Notes: generated by a model not told the origin, from the letters alone. A DNA stretch of 32,375 bases from Helicobacteraceae bacterium (GCA_027056525.1 JALUKO010000128.1:1-32375); one strand, 5' to 3'. Counted from the stretch's first letter, positions 18,617 through 28,272 are shown. Numbers and translations are program-made.

Positions 18617-21166
18617 TTATCCCAGTTTATACTCTGGAATAAGATTGAAGTTAAGATATTTATAGATATCTTCCTCTTTACCACCAATTTTCTTAGGAAC
18701 AATGTTAAGATATTCCTCTTTTGTCGGTAAATATCCAAGCATTGCACACACTGCTGCAAGTTCAGCAGAACCAAGGTAAACTTGAGCACCTTTACCCAAA
18801 CGGTTGTCAAAGTTACGAGTAGATGTTGAGAAAACAACAGCATTATCAGCAACACGTGCCTGATTACCCATACATAGTGAACATCCAGGGATCTCTGTTC
18901 TAGCGCCTGCAGCACCAAATAGAGCATAGTAGCCCTCTTCTGTAAGTTGTTTCTCATCCATTTTAGTCGGAGGACATACCCACAAACGAGTTGGAACAGC
19001 ACCCTCACCTTTGAGAACTTCACCAAGTGCACGGTAGTGACCGATATTTGTCATACAAGAACCTACGAATACTTCGTTGATAATATGTGGACGTTTAGGA
19101 TCAGCTAAAACCTCTGTTAAAGTTGCAACATCATCCGGATCATTAGGACAGGCTAAGATAGGCTCTTTGACTTCATTGAGATCTATCTCAAGAACAGCGG
19201 CATATTCAGCATCAGCATCCGCTTCCATAAGAGTTGGGTTTGCCAACCACTCATTCATTTTTTCAATTCTTCTAGCGATAGTACGATTATCTTCATAGCC
19301 GGCATCGATCATAGACTGAAGAAGCACAACATTTGATTTTAAGTACTCAATCACTGGCTCTTTGTCTAACTTAACAGTACAAGCAGCAGCAGAACGTTCA
19401 GCAGAAGCATCAGAAAGCTCAAATGCTTGCTCAACTTTAAGATCAGGAAGACCCTCAATTTCTAAAATGCGGCCGGCAAAAATATTTTTCTTACCTTTTT
19501 TCTCAACTGTTAAAAGACCCTCTTTGATCGCTTTATGCGGGATAGCATTAACAAGGTCACGAAGAGTGATACCCGGTTGCATTTCACCCTTAAAACGTAC
19601 AAGAACAGACTCTGGCATTGTAAGAGGCATAGAACCTGTTACACCGGCAAATGCAACAATTCCAGAACCACCAGGGAAAGAGATGCCTATTGGGAAACGT
19701 GTATGGCTATCCGCACCTGTACCGACAGTATCTGGAAGTACCATTCTGTTTAACCAAGAGTGGATCACCCCATCACCCGGACGTAAAGCAACACCTGAAC
19801 GGTTAGAGATAAAGTCAGGAAGCGTGTGGTGCATTTTTACATCAGACGGTTTTGGATATGCCGCTGTATGACAAAATGACTGAAGTACCAAATCAGCATT
19901 GAACCCAAGTGCAGCAAGCTCTTTAATCTCATCACGAGTCATAGGACCTGTTGTATCTTGAGAACCAACAGTACTCATCTCAGGCTCTACATACATACCC
20001 GGACGAACACCTTCTAAACCAGATGCTTTACCAACCATTTTTTGTGCTAAAGTGAACCCTTTGCCGTTATCTTCTGGTTGCTCAGCTGTTAAAAAGATAT
20101 CAGTAGCAGGCATACCCAGTACTGAACGAGCTTTAGAAGTAAGACCACGACCAATGATAAGTGGGATACGTCCACCGGCACGAACTTCATCAGTGATCGT
20201 GTTAGGGTTCAGTTTAAATGTCGCTATACACTCACCATTTTTATGAGCTTCACCTTTATACGGATAAATATCAATAACATCACCCATCTCCATCTTGCTT
20301 ACATCAAGCTCTAATGGAAGTGCACCTGAATCTTCAGAAGTTGCGAAGAAGATAGGAGCAATGATGCCACCAAGAACAACACCGCCTGTACGTTTGTTTG
20401 GAACACCCGGAATATCTTCACCCATATGCCATTGAACAGAGTTTATACCAGATTTACGAGAAGAACCGGTACCTACAACATCACCGACATACGCAACAGG
20501 GTGACCTTTTTCTTTTAACTTTTTGATCGTACCGATTGGGTCATCCATCTTAGCTGTAAGCATAGAGTTTGCATGAAGTGGAATATCTGAACGTGTAAAT
20601 GCTTCAGAAGCAGGTGAAAGGTCATCAGTATTGGTCTCGCCATCTACTTTAAATACCGTTACAGTAATTTTTTCAGCAAGTTCAGGTTTTGCAGTAAACC
20701 AATCAGCATTCGCCCATGAGGTCATAACTTCAGTTGCAGCTGCGTTACCTGCTTTATGCAACTCTTCAACATCATTAAACGCATCATATACAAGAAGTGT
20801 ATGAGAAAGAGCTTCAATAGCTGCTGCGACAACTTTATCATTGTTTGAGCTTAACGCATCAATCAAAGGTTTTACATTGTATCCGCCAAGCATCATTCCT
20901 AGCATAGAAACAGCCTGCTCAGGAGCAATACAAGAAACACTTACCTTCTCTGCAGCCACATCATTTAAAAATGCCGCTTTTACGTATGCTGCATCATCAA
21001 CACCTGGAGAAACACGGTTTGTCAACAGCTCCAACAATTCATCTGTACAATCTGTTTTGATTAACTCAATCAACTCTGCTGTTTGCTCAGCTGAAAGTGG
21101 TAAAGGAGGTACACCCAGTGCTTCTCTCTCAGTAACATGTGCTTTATAGTCTTCAATAAATCCCAT
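18617..21166 (-). CDS. acnB: Aconitate hydratase B
   Basis: [59 protein letters not shown]. Confidence 0.98.
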   Translation of the reverse strand: MGFIEDYKAHVTEREALGVPPLPLSAEQTAELIELIKTDCTDELLELLTNRVSPGVDDAAYVKAAFLNDVAAEKVSVSCIAPEQAVSMLGMMLGGYNVKPLIDALSSNNDKVVAAAIEALSHTLLVYDAFNDVEELHKAGNAAATEVMTSWANADWFTAKPELAEKITVTVFKVDGETNTDDLSPASEAFTRSDIPLHANSMLTAKMDDPIGTIKKLKEKGHPVAYVGDVVGTGSSRKSGINSVQWHMGEDIPGVPNKRTGGVVLGGIIAPIFFATSEDSGALPLELDVSKMEMGDVIDIYPYKGEAHKNGECIATFKLNPNTITDEVRAGGRIPLIIGRGLTSKARSVLGMPATDIFLTAEQPEDNGKGFTLAQKMVGKASGLEGVRPGMYVEPEMSTVGSQDTTGPMTRDEIKELAALGFNADLVLQSFCHTAAYPKPSDVKMHHTLPDFISNRSGVALRPGDGVIHSWLNRMVLPDTVGTGADSHTRFPIGISFPGGSGIVAFAGVTGSMPLTMPESVLVRFKGEMQPGITLRDLVNAIPHKAIKEGLLTVEKKGKKNIFAGRILEIEGLPDLKVEQAFELSDASAERSAAACTVKLDKEPVIEYLKSNVVLLQSMIDAGYEDNRTIARRIEKMNEWLANPTLMEADADAEYAAVLEIDLNEVKEPILACPNDPDDVATLTEVLADPKRPHIINEVFVGSCMTNIGHYRALGEVLKGEGAVPTRLWVCPPTKMDEKQLTEEGYYALFGAAGARTEIPGCSLCMGNQARVADNAVVFSTSTRNFDNRLGKGAQVYLGSAELAAVCAMLGYLPTKEEYLNIVPKKIGGKEEDIYKYLNFNLIPEYKLG

Positions 21167-21194
21167 AGTGATTCCTGTTTATAAATTTGCTAGG

Positions 21195-21288
21195 ATTATA
21201 TCTAAATATAGTTTCTAGTTTTTGTCTATGTTACTTATGTAAACACTAATATTTCATTTTGTAAAAAATATGTTTACTTTAGTAACAT
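21195..21288 (-). promoter_or_regulatory. acnB promoter (-10 TATAAT at 21195-21200) with an upstream pair of inverted 18-bp boxes
   Basis: ATGTTACTTATGTAAACA (21228-21245) and the reverse complement of 21271-21288 (ATGTTACTAAAGTAAACA) match at 16 of 18 positions. Confidence 0.55.
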
Positions 21289-21313
21289 CATATATCTTGT
21301 GTTATTTATTGAT

Positions 21314-21712
21314 CTAAATATTTCTTCTTTGCAGTTCTTGCTCTATCAGCTCTCTTTGAGGTCCACGATAATTAGCCTTCATCCATACTAGATAGCTCTC
21401 GGGGAGATCAGATATTCTCATACCTTTATATTTTCCAAAATCAATCTTTTCATCTGTTGTGTTTATAACTATCTTTTCTTCAGATACACTCTCAATGGCA
21501 CTATGTTGCACAAGAGTCTTGAACTCTTCAAAATTGAGCTTCTTCTGAATAACAAAAGTGTATGTTTGAAAATCAAACACCCCTTTTCTTTGGCTGACAA
21601 AAAGCTCTATTTTTTGGATATCTTCCACAGAAAGCTTTTCAAGGTTGACAATATGCACGCTAAAGGAGTTTGCGTGTTGTGTAAAAATAAAGTGTGCTTT
21701 TTGACTTGACAT
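21314..21712 (-). CDS. Hypothetical protein with C-terminal DUF3820/QSregVF_b-like motif
   Basis: IDFGKYKGMRISDLPESYLVWM motif; starts 5 bp after the ftsK stop. Confidence 0.7.
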   Translation of the reverse strand: MSSQKAHFIFTQHANSFSVHIVNLEKLSVEDIQKIELFVSQRKGVFDFQTYTFVIQKKLNFEEFKTLVQHSAIESVSEEKIVINTTDEKIDFGKYKGMRISDLPESYLVWMKANYRGPQRELIEQELQRRNI

Positions 21713-21717
21713 ATTAT

Positions 21718-23931
21718 CTATAGAATCTCACGAATACCTTTTGCATTTGGAGCTGAGAGTATCCCCTCTTGTTCTAGCTGCTCTATCACTCTGGCTGAAC
21801 GGTTGTAACCTATTTGAAGTTTTCTTTGTAGGTAGGATATAGATGTTTTTCTGTCACTAAGCACAACACTCTTGGCTTCTGAGAAAAGAGGGTCCAATTC
21901 CTCATAGTTCTCTGAGGAGGCACTGTTTGATTCATTTTCCTCAACCAAAAAACTTTTGTCATAGTTTGGCTCTCTTTGACTTTTGATAAACTCTACAATT
22001 TTCTCTATCTCCTGTTCTGTAGCCCAAGGAGCATGTAAGCGCACAAGCGCAGGAGCCCCGGGAGGGGTAAAGAGCATATCACCACGCCCTAGAAGTGACT
22101 CTGCTCCCATTTGATCTAAAATGATTTTACTATCTATTTTTTGCCCTACTCTATAGCTTATTCTCGATGGAAGATTCGCTTTTATGAGTCCAGTAACAAC
22201 ATCTACCGATGGTCTTTGAGTAGCAACTATGAGGTGGATACCGCAAGCTCGTGATTTTTGTGCCAGTCTTGCTATGGAATACTCAACATCTTTGCCGCTT
22301 GTCATCATCAAGTCTGCAAGCTCATCTATAATCACAACCATATACGGAAAGTGTTCTCCCCCCTCTTTCTTTATTTTTTCATTGTAGTTCTCAATATTTT
22401 TCGTTCTGGTCTCTGCCATGAGTTCGTAACGTCTTTCCATCTCTGAAACCATATTGTTGAGTGCCACTATGGCTTGTTTTGGTTTGGTGATCACAGGAGT
22501 GAGCAGATGAGGAATATCGTTATATGTAGAAAATTCCAGCATCTTTGGATCAATCATGAGAAGTCTTAACTGATCAGGTGAATTTTTATATAAAAGTGAA
22601 AGTATCATTGCATTGATTCCCACACTTTTTCCACTTCCGGTTGTTCCGGCGATAAGCAGATGTGGCAGTTTTTTGAGATCAGTTACAAAAGGTTTTCCGA
22701 CTATATCTTTTCCAAGTACAATGGTAAGTGGTGAAGATGCTTCTTTAAAGAGCTTAGAGTCAAGAAGCTCTCGCAGATAAATGGTATCAACTGTTTCATT
22801 TGGTATCTCGATACCTACAACATCTTTACCCGGAATCGGCGCTTGAATACGGATGGTTTCTGCTGAGAGTGCCATTGCAAGATCATCTTGCAGATTGAGT
22901 ATTTTACTTACCTTTACATTTGCAGCCGGTTTAAACTCAAATGTTGAAACTACTGGACCGGCATAGGTACGAACCACATCTCCATCTATTTTAAAGTGTG
23001 CAAGTTTTTCTATGAGATAGCGTATCTTATCATCAAGTTCACTTTCATCTACACTGTGGGCTTTTAGCTCTGGTTTTTGTAGAAACTTGGTCGATGGCAA
23101 AGTAAAGTTTTTTGGCTTTTCCACTTCCCCTTTTTCTATGCTCTCTAAAAGTTTTGTATTTTCTTCAAGTTCATCTACTATAAGGGCGTTTTTTTGTTCT
23201 TTAACTTGAGAGGCAAGCTCTAAAATATTATGTGGTTTTGTTGATTCTTCTTGTTTCGTTTGAAGCTCTTTAGGCTCAGTGCTTTGGGGTGTCTCTTCTT
23301 GAACAACTTCATTTTGCTCTTTTTTTCTCAAATACGCAGGCGTGTCGTACTCATCTTCTAGTGCTGTGTTGATTTCAAAATACTCTTGTGTTTTTTTATT
23401 TTCAATCACTGTTGATTGATCTTGTTCCACATACAGGGCATCACTGTTTTGTACTTTTTCCTTTGGTTTTGACATTTTGTTTTTTACTCCGGATGAAAAG
23501 CCTTCGAGGAGTTCATGGGTGCTTTTATCCAAAATAATGACTACAGATACAAGTGTGATAATCACCCAAAATATCCATAAGCCAAAACTTCCAATATAAG
23601 GCGCTAAAAAGTCCACAAAATCAGCACCTATTTTACCTCTAAATTGATTTTCTACAAGGAGTGCCTGTGCTAAGAGTGCTGAGAACAAAAGTAAAAAAGA
23701 GGCCATAATAACCTCTGCTTTTCTAGCGTCAAAACGAGGGTTTTTATAGAGAAAGTACAAAGGAATAAGAAGCAATAACAGATAAATAAAAGAGATATAA
23801 CCAAAATACTGATGATTATACGATGCAAATGTAGCACCGTAACTTCCAATGATACCGCTATCACCCAATATGGTTGCAAAACCAAGGTATATAAATACGC
23901 CAAAAAGTATAATAAAAACAGTTTCTTTCAA
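21718..23931 (-). CDS. ftsK: DNA translocase FtsK
   Basis: N-terminal TM helices, charged linker, Walker A GTTGSGKS, IIDELADLMM, ATQRPSVDV, gamma domain ISYLQRKLQIGYNRSAR; TTG start. Confidence 0.96.
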   Translation of the reverse strand: MKETVFIILFGVFIYLGFATILGDSGIIGSYGATFASYNHQYFGYISFIYLLLLLIPLYFLYKNPRFDARKAEVIMASFLLLFSALLAQALLVENQFRGKIGADFVDFLAPYIGSFGLWIFWVIITLVSVVIILDKSTHELLEGFSSGVKNKMSKPKEKVQNSDALYVEQDQSTVIENKKTQEYFEINTALEDEYDTPAYLRKKEQNEVVQEETPQSTEPKELQTKQEESTKPHNILELASQVKEQKNALIVDELEENTKLLESIEKGEVEKPKNFTLPSTKFLQKPELKAHSVDESELDDKIRYLIEKLAHFKIDGDVVRTYAGPVVSTFEFKPAANVKVSKILNLQDDLAMALSAETIRIQAPIPGKDVVGIEIPNETVDTIYLRELLDSKLFKEASSPLTIVLGKDIVGKPFVTDLKKLPHLLIAGTTGSGKSVGINAMILSLLYKNSPDQLRLLMIDPKMLEFSTYNDIPHLLTPVITKPKQAIVALNNMVSEMERRYELMAETRTKNIENYNEKIKKEGGEHFPYMVVIIDELADLMMTSGKDVEYSIARLAQKSRACGIHLIVATQRPSVDVVTGLIKANLPSRISYRVGQKIDSKIILDQMGAESLLGRGDMLFTPPGAPALVRLHAPWATEQEIEKIVEFIKSQREPNYDKSFLVEENESNSASSENYEELDPLFSEAKSVVLSDRKTSISYLQRKLQIGYNRSARVIEQLEQEGILSAPNAKGIREIL

Positions 23932-23959
23932 ATTAAGAGACCTTTAAATGTAGATAGTT

Positions 23960-24008
23960 TAAAAAAAGAAGTATAGCCAAAAATGTTCCATAAGATTATA
24001 TTTTTGGC
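23960..24008 (-). terminator. Possible flgL terminator overlapping the ftsK promoter region
   Basis: 9-bp inverted repeat GCCAAAAAT (23976-23984) / ATTTTTGGC (24000-24008), followed on the minus strand by tatacttcttttttt. The 15-nt loop is large for a terminator. Confidence 0.4.
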
Positions 24009-24024
24009 ATTTTGCAAAGTTAAA

Positions 24025-26130
24025 CTATAAATAATTCACTAAGCTTAATTTTGATGTTTTACCAACAGTTGAAAGCATTGCTTCATAGTTTAAATTGAGC
24101 TGGGTAAGTGTTAAAGACGCTTCTGCCAAGTCCGTATCGATAACAGAAGAACGAAGTGTTTTTGTACTGATCTCCAATAGTTCTGTTCTTTCTATTGATC
24201 TAGAAAGAGAGTTTGACTGTGCACCAACATAGGAGTGTGATCTAAATACATGATCTTGCAGATCATCCATTTTTGAGATAGCGTTTTCTATACCGACGTT
24301 TCTCACATCACTGCTTGTGCTGTCTGGATAAAGGTTATGATTTTCTACTGCTGTTATCATCTCATCAAGACTTTTGAAAAAGTCGGTTTTTGGATCACGT
24401 ATGGTAAGTGCATTGTTTGTGTTAAAAGTCATTACAGAAGCATCTGCAGTGATATCCCCACTATTTGTATCATACAGTGCCATTGTTGCCTTAGTATCTG
24501 TTGTGTTGTACTCTTCAAACTGAATTTTTCCATCATAACTTAGGTAGGTCTTTGCATTGAACTTTGAATCATACACGGCTTTGTCATAGTCTGTATCGGT
24601 ATTTGTTGTGGCGGGAATATTTCCGGTTGCTACCATATTTATAACATCCATAAGTTGCTGGTAGGTCATCTCATCTGCATCGACCGCTTTTCTACCTGCC
24701 GTATCCATATCATAAATATTATAGTTTGTTACTCCACCATCAAGTGAAAATGTTGAACCACCGTTGAGTGTACTTTTTAGATCTATTTGCACATCATAGG
24801 CAACACCGCTTATGTCAGTTCCTGAGAGTGTAAACTGAGTGCCATCAAGAGTACCGGCGTTACCTTGTGAGAGGTCTGCGACTTCTGAAAGTTTGGTAGA
24901 GTTTGTTGCAAAAGCGTTTGTTCCTCTGCTTATTTGAGGTGATGAGGAAGAGAGTTGTGCACCATCCTTGCTAAACTGCGTTCTGTCATAAAGAATGCCG
25001 TTGATATTTGTAGCAGCTCCCGAAGCGGGATCAAGAGGAGACACTACAAACTCTTTGACATAAAGATTTGGATTTACTGCCGTACTTGTACCGTTGATGA
25101 TTCTGTCAAAATTGTTTTCCCCATCATCAAGATCATCAAGCACTGTGACATCCGCTGCTGCTCCACCACTTAAGTCTGTCGCACCAACCATATGAAAATC
25201 AAGTTTACTAGAACCGTTTAGCTTATCGTGGACTACTATTTCACCACTGCCGTTAAGTGCGACATTGACAATATCAAGGTCTGGCGTGTTTCCATATGCA
25301 TCACCGATTCTGCTTAAAAGAGCATCTACACTTTCATCATCTCGCATAGAAAACTTTTCATTAAATGCCGTGCCGTCACTCTTAGTGCCTCTTAAATAAA
25401 AAAAATGTTTGGAGTTAACAGTATCTATATTATTGTCACTATCACCCATGAGACCACGGATAGTTCCACCACTATCAAGTGGAATGGGGCTTCCTTGAAC
25501 ATTTGGATCTGTAAAGTCAGGGTATTTTTTTGTCATATCATAATTGACAACATTACTGCTCACTTCTCTGTTTACAAGAACCTCTTCACCTAAAAAAAGT
25601 TCCGCACCTGTAAGATTGTACTGTTGTTGTACACCTGAACCCAAAAAAGCATTTAACGGTTCATCATTTCCCTGATAAACCCCATTGTCATCAATAGGTT
25701 TAGTATCGATAGCTGAACCGGAAAAAAGATACTGCCCGTTTATCGATGAATTTGCCAAGCTCTTAAAGTGATCTTCGAGTCCTCTAAGCTCTGAAGCAAT
25801 CGAGTCAAGGGAAGTGTCATCATGAGTTCCGTTTGCAGCTTGAACAAGAAGTGTTCTCGTTCTATTCATAGTATCTTCAAAGTCATTTAAAATAACATCT
25901 GTCTGGTTCGAGATCTTATATGCACTATTGGCACTTTGTTTCACTTCTGAAAGAGAGGCTATTTCATTATCGAGTCTCATTGTTTCGGTAAAAGTTGAAA
26001 TATCATCTTTTGCATACTGAATCTGCAATCCAGAAGCGATCTGCTTATTTACATCAAAAAGATCCTTGCTTAGCTGTGAACTGTTTTGACCATATAAACT
26101 TTTGTAGTACATGCTCGATGTTATTCTCAT
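24025..26130 (-). CDS. flgL: Flagellar hook-filament junction protein FlgL (long Campylobacterota type)
   Basis: MRITSSMYY...QIASG, LANSSINGQYLFSGS...KP, C-terminal DTDLAEASLTLTQ...LSLVNYL; GGAGG RBS. Confidence 0.92.
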   Translation of the reverse strand: MRITSSMYYKSLYGQNSSQLSKDLFDVNKQIASGLQIQYAKDDISTFTETMRLDNEIASLSEVKQSANSAYKISNQTDVILNDFEDTMNRTRTLLVQAANGTHDDTSLDSIASELRGLEDHFKSLANSSINGQYLFSGSAIDTKPIDDNGVYQGNDEPLNAFLGSGVQQQYNLTGAELFLGEEVLVNREVSSNVVNYDMTKKYPDFTDPNVQGSPIPLDSGGTIRGLMGDSDNNIDTVNSKHFFYLRGTKSDGTAFNEKFSMRDDESVDALLSRIGDAYGNTPDLDIVNVALNGSGEIVVHDKLNGSSKLDFHMVGATDLSGGAAADVTVLDDLDDGENNFDRIINGTSTAVNPNLYVKEFVVSPLDPASGAATNINGILYDRTQFSKDGAQLSSSSPQISRGTNAFATNSTKLSEVADLSQGNAGTLDGTQFTLSGTDISGVAYDVQIDLKSTLNGGSTFSLDGGVTNYNIYDMDTAGRKAVDADEMTYQQLMDVINMVATGNIPATTNTDTDYDKAVYDSKFNAKTYLSYDGKIQFEEYNTTDTKATMALYDTNSGDITADASVMTFNTNNALTIRDPKTDFFKSLDEMITAVENHNLYPDSTSSDVRNVGIENAISKMDDLQDHVFRSHSYVGAQSNSLSRSIERTELLEISTKTLRSSVIDTDLAEASLTLTQLNLNYEAMLSTVGKTSKLSLVNYL

Positions 26131-26171
26131 AACGCACCTCCATATGCTGTTACAACATTATTGCCAAATAA

Positions 26172-26188
26172 AAGCAATAAAAGTTCCA
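26172..26188 (-). promoter_or_regulatory. Sigma54 (RpoN) -24/-12 promoter of flgL
   Basis: Minus strand TGGAACTTTTATTGCTT with exact GG-N10-GC spacing and the TGGAAC...TTGCTT form known from Campylobacterota. Confidence 0.8.
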
Positions 26189-26195
26189 TGTTGCA

Positions 26196-26222
26196 TTATC
26201 GGCAAAATGTTATTTACTTTTA
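26196..26222 (-). promoter_or_regulatory. Sigma28 (FliA) promoter of flgL
   Basis: Minus strand TAAA-agtaaataacatttt (15 nt)-GCCGATAA, a perfect match to the canonical consensus. Confidence 0.8.
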
Positions 26223-26248
26223 AGTATCCAACAGGTGTATCTATATTA

Positions 26249-26282
26249 ATATCAATCTATCTTGATATATTTATGCTATAAT
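26249..26282 (+). promoter_or_regulatory. ars promoter with probable ArsR operator
   Basis: Inverted repeat ATATCAA-N6-TTGATAT (26249-26268), of ArsR/SmtB type, just upstream of the extended -10 TGcTATAAT (26274-26282). Confidence 0.7.
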
Positions 26283-26312
26283 TTCAAAATATCAAAACAA
26301 GGTAGTGCAATT

Positions 26313-26624
26313 ATGGATATCTTTCTTAAAACAGTAGGCTCCATCAATGATGAAACGAGACTGCGAATACTTCGATTTATCAATGAAAACACTGAAGTAT
26401 GTGTTTGTGATATTGAAAACTCATTTAATATGATTCAGTCACGCATCTCAAGACACCTCAAGATTTTAAAAGAAGCAGGTTTTTTAAAAGTTGAAAGAAA
26501 AGGTCGCTGGGCTTATTATAGTGTACGTTCTCCACTTGATAGGTTTAGACAGAGTATTTTACAAGAGATAGGCTATTTAGAATTAGATATACCGAAATTA
26601 GAAAAGGATTGTAAAAATGGATAA
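26313..26624 (+). CDS. arsR: ArsR/SmtB-family arsenite-responsive repressor
   Basis: DETRLRIL, EVCVCDI, QSRISRHLKILKEAG, RKGRWAYY. Start moved to the ATG at 26313 (after an AAGG RBS) because the track start at 26262 lies inside the operator. Confidence 0.9.
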   Translation: MDIFLKTVGSINDETRLRILRFINENTEVCVCDIENSFNMIQSRISRHLKILKEAGFLKVERKGRWAYYSVRSPLDRFRQSILQEIGYLELDIPKLEKDCKNG

Positions 26625-27021
26625 AAAAGTTTTAGTTATGTGTACGGGAAATAGTTGTAGAAGCATCATAGGAGAAGCACTTATAAATGCTAAACTTGAT
26701 GGGGTTCAAGCATATAGCTGTGGTGTTGCTCCAAGTGGAAAAGTAAATCCCAATGCAAAGAAGATATTAGAACAAAACAATATCTGGAGTGATGATTATC
26801 ACTCTAAACATTTAGATTCTTTGCTAGATATAGATTTTGATTTGGTTGTAACAGTATGTGACAACGCAAATGAAACGTGCCCTATGTTTCCTAAAAAAAC
26901 AAAAGTTATCCATGTTGGTTTTGAAGACCCCGATGGAAAAGAGTTTGATGCATTTGTAGAGACATACAAAGAGATAGAAAAGATTTTACTGCCAAAGGTA
27001 AGAGATGCTCTTAGCCAGTAG
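26617..27021 (+). CDS. arsC: Arsenate reductase, thioredoxin-coupled LMW-PTPase fold
   Basis: CTGNSCRS (CX5R), distal Cys pair VTVCDNANETCP, FEDP. Confidence 0.92.
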   Translation: MDKKVLVMCTGNSCRSIIGEALINAKLDGVQAYSCGVAPSGKVNPNAKKILEQNNIWSDDYHSKHLDSLLDIDFDLVVTVCDNANETCPMFPKKTKVIHVGFEDPDGKEFDAFVETYKEIEKILLPKVRDALSQ

Positions 27022-28258
27022 TATATTTCTTATCACCCTGCTCTTTGTTATCTGGCAGCCTCGTGGACTGCAAATCGGCACAACCGCTGTTGTCGGTGCT
27101 CTTGTAGCTTTTAGTTTGGGTGTAGTTAGCTTTAGTGATCTTTTTATCGTTTGGGATATTGTGTGGGATGCTACGCTTGCTTTTGTAGGGATTATTATCC
27201 TTTCTCTTGTTCTTGATGAGATTGGCTTTTTTGAATGGTGTGCTCTTAAAATGGCAAAACTCTCCAACGGCAATGGAAGGAAAATGTTTGTTTACTCCAT
27301 CCTTTTGGGCGCTTTAGTTTCTGCACTCTTTGCAAATGATGGTGCTGCACTTATACTTACTCCTATTTTACTTGCTAAAATGAAAATTTTAAAGCTTAAT
27401 GCTAAAACAATCCTGGCATTTTTACTTGCCGGTGGATTTATAAGTGACAGTGCGTCTCTTCCATTTGTGTTTTCAAACCTTACAAATATTGTGACCGCAA
27501 ACTATTTCAGTATAGGTTTTGTAGAGTATCTCTCCAATATGTATGTTCCCTATATTGTGAGCGTTGCAGTTACCATAGTTGTTCTTCTGGCACTTCTAAG
27601 AAAAGATATACCAAAAACTGTAGATATCAACCTCCTTAAAGATGCTAACAGCGTCTTAAAAAACAAAACGCTCTTTTACTTTTCTTGGGCTTTTTTAGCT
27701 CTCCTTTTAGCAGGATACTTTATAGGTGATGCGTACAATGTCCCTATCTCTGTTTTTGCTCTAGGCGGTGGTGTTGTCTTTTTGATTATAGCGACACTGT
27801 TTAAAACTGTTGAGCCGATTCATATCATCAAAAATGCACCATGGCAGGTTGTATGGTTCTCTTTAGGTCTTTACATAGTTGTTTATGGTCTTAAAAATGC
27901 AGGGCTTACAGAGTATCTAACGATTTTCTTAAACCACTTAAATGATCAAGGTAATTTAATCGCTGTAGTTGGAACCGGTTTTACAAGTGCTATCTTGAGT
28001 GCTTTTATGAACAATATGCCAACTATTATGGTGATGGATATAGCACTCAAAGATATAGCAAACGATGCCATGATATATGCAAATATCATAGGATGTAACT
28101 TAGGACCTAAAATGACACCCTTTGGAAGTTTGGCAACACTGCTTTGGCTCCATACACTGGGCCAAAAAGGTGTAAAGATCGGTTTTTGGCAATACTCAAA
28201 ATTTGGTCTGATTGTCACACCGCCAATTCTTTTAGTCGTCTTATTGACTTTAGTGTAA
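27005..28258 (+). CDS. arsB: Arsenite efflux pump ArsB
   Basis: VIWQPRGL, LDEIGFFEW, FANDGAALILTP, SNLTNIV, MNNMPT, LGPKMTPFGSLATLLW. Confidence 0.95.
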   Translation: MLLASSIFLITLLFVIWQPRGLQIGTTAVVGALVAFSLGVVSFSDLFIVWDIVWDATLAFVGIIILSLVLDEIGFFEWCALKMAKLSNGNGRKMFVYSILLGALVSALFANDGAALILTPILLAKMKILKLNAKTILAFLLAGGFISDSASLPFVFSNLTNIVTANYFSIGFVEYLSNMYVPYIVSVAVTIVVLLALLRKDIPKTVDINLLKDANSVLKNKTLFYFSWAFLALLLAGYFIGDAYNVPISVFALGGGVVFLIIATLFKTVEPIHIIKNAPWQVVWFSLGLYIVVYGLKNAGLTEYLTIFLNHLNDQGNLIAVVGTGFTSAILSAFMNNMPTIMVMDIALKDIANDAMIYANIIGCNLGPKMTPFGSLATLLWLHTLGQKGVKIGFWQYSKFGLIVTPPILLVVLLTLV

Positions 28259-28272
28259 AAACACTAAAGTCA
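28245..28272. repeat. Perfect 12-bp inverted repeat across the arsB stop codon
   Basis: TGACTTTAGTGT-aaaa-ACACTAAAGTCA. Confidence 0.75.

Noticed and set aside
18577-19032. 151-aa same-strand alternative-frame ORF overlapping the 3' end of acnB
   Set aside because: acnB is intact in its own frame, and the peptide has no domain features or evident frameshift signal.
19077-21149. Antisense ORFs within acnB (up to 169 aa)
   Set aside because: Typical antisense in-register shadows.
26262-26312. 17-aa N-terminal extension of ArsR
   Set aside because: It overlaps the operator and -10 box; the ATG at 26313 has an RBS.
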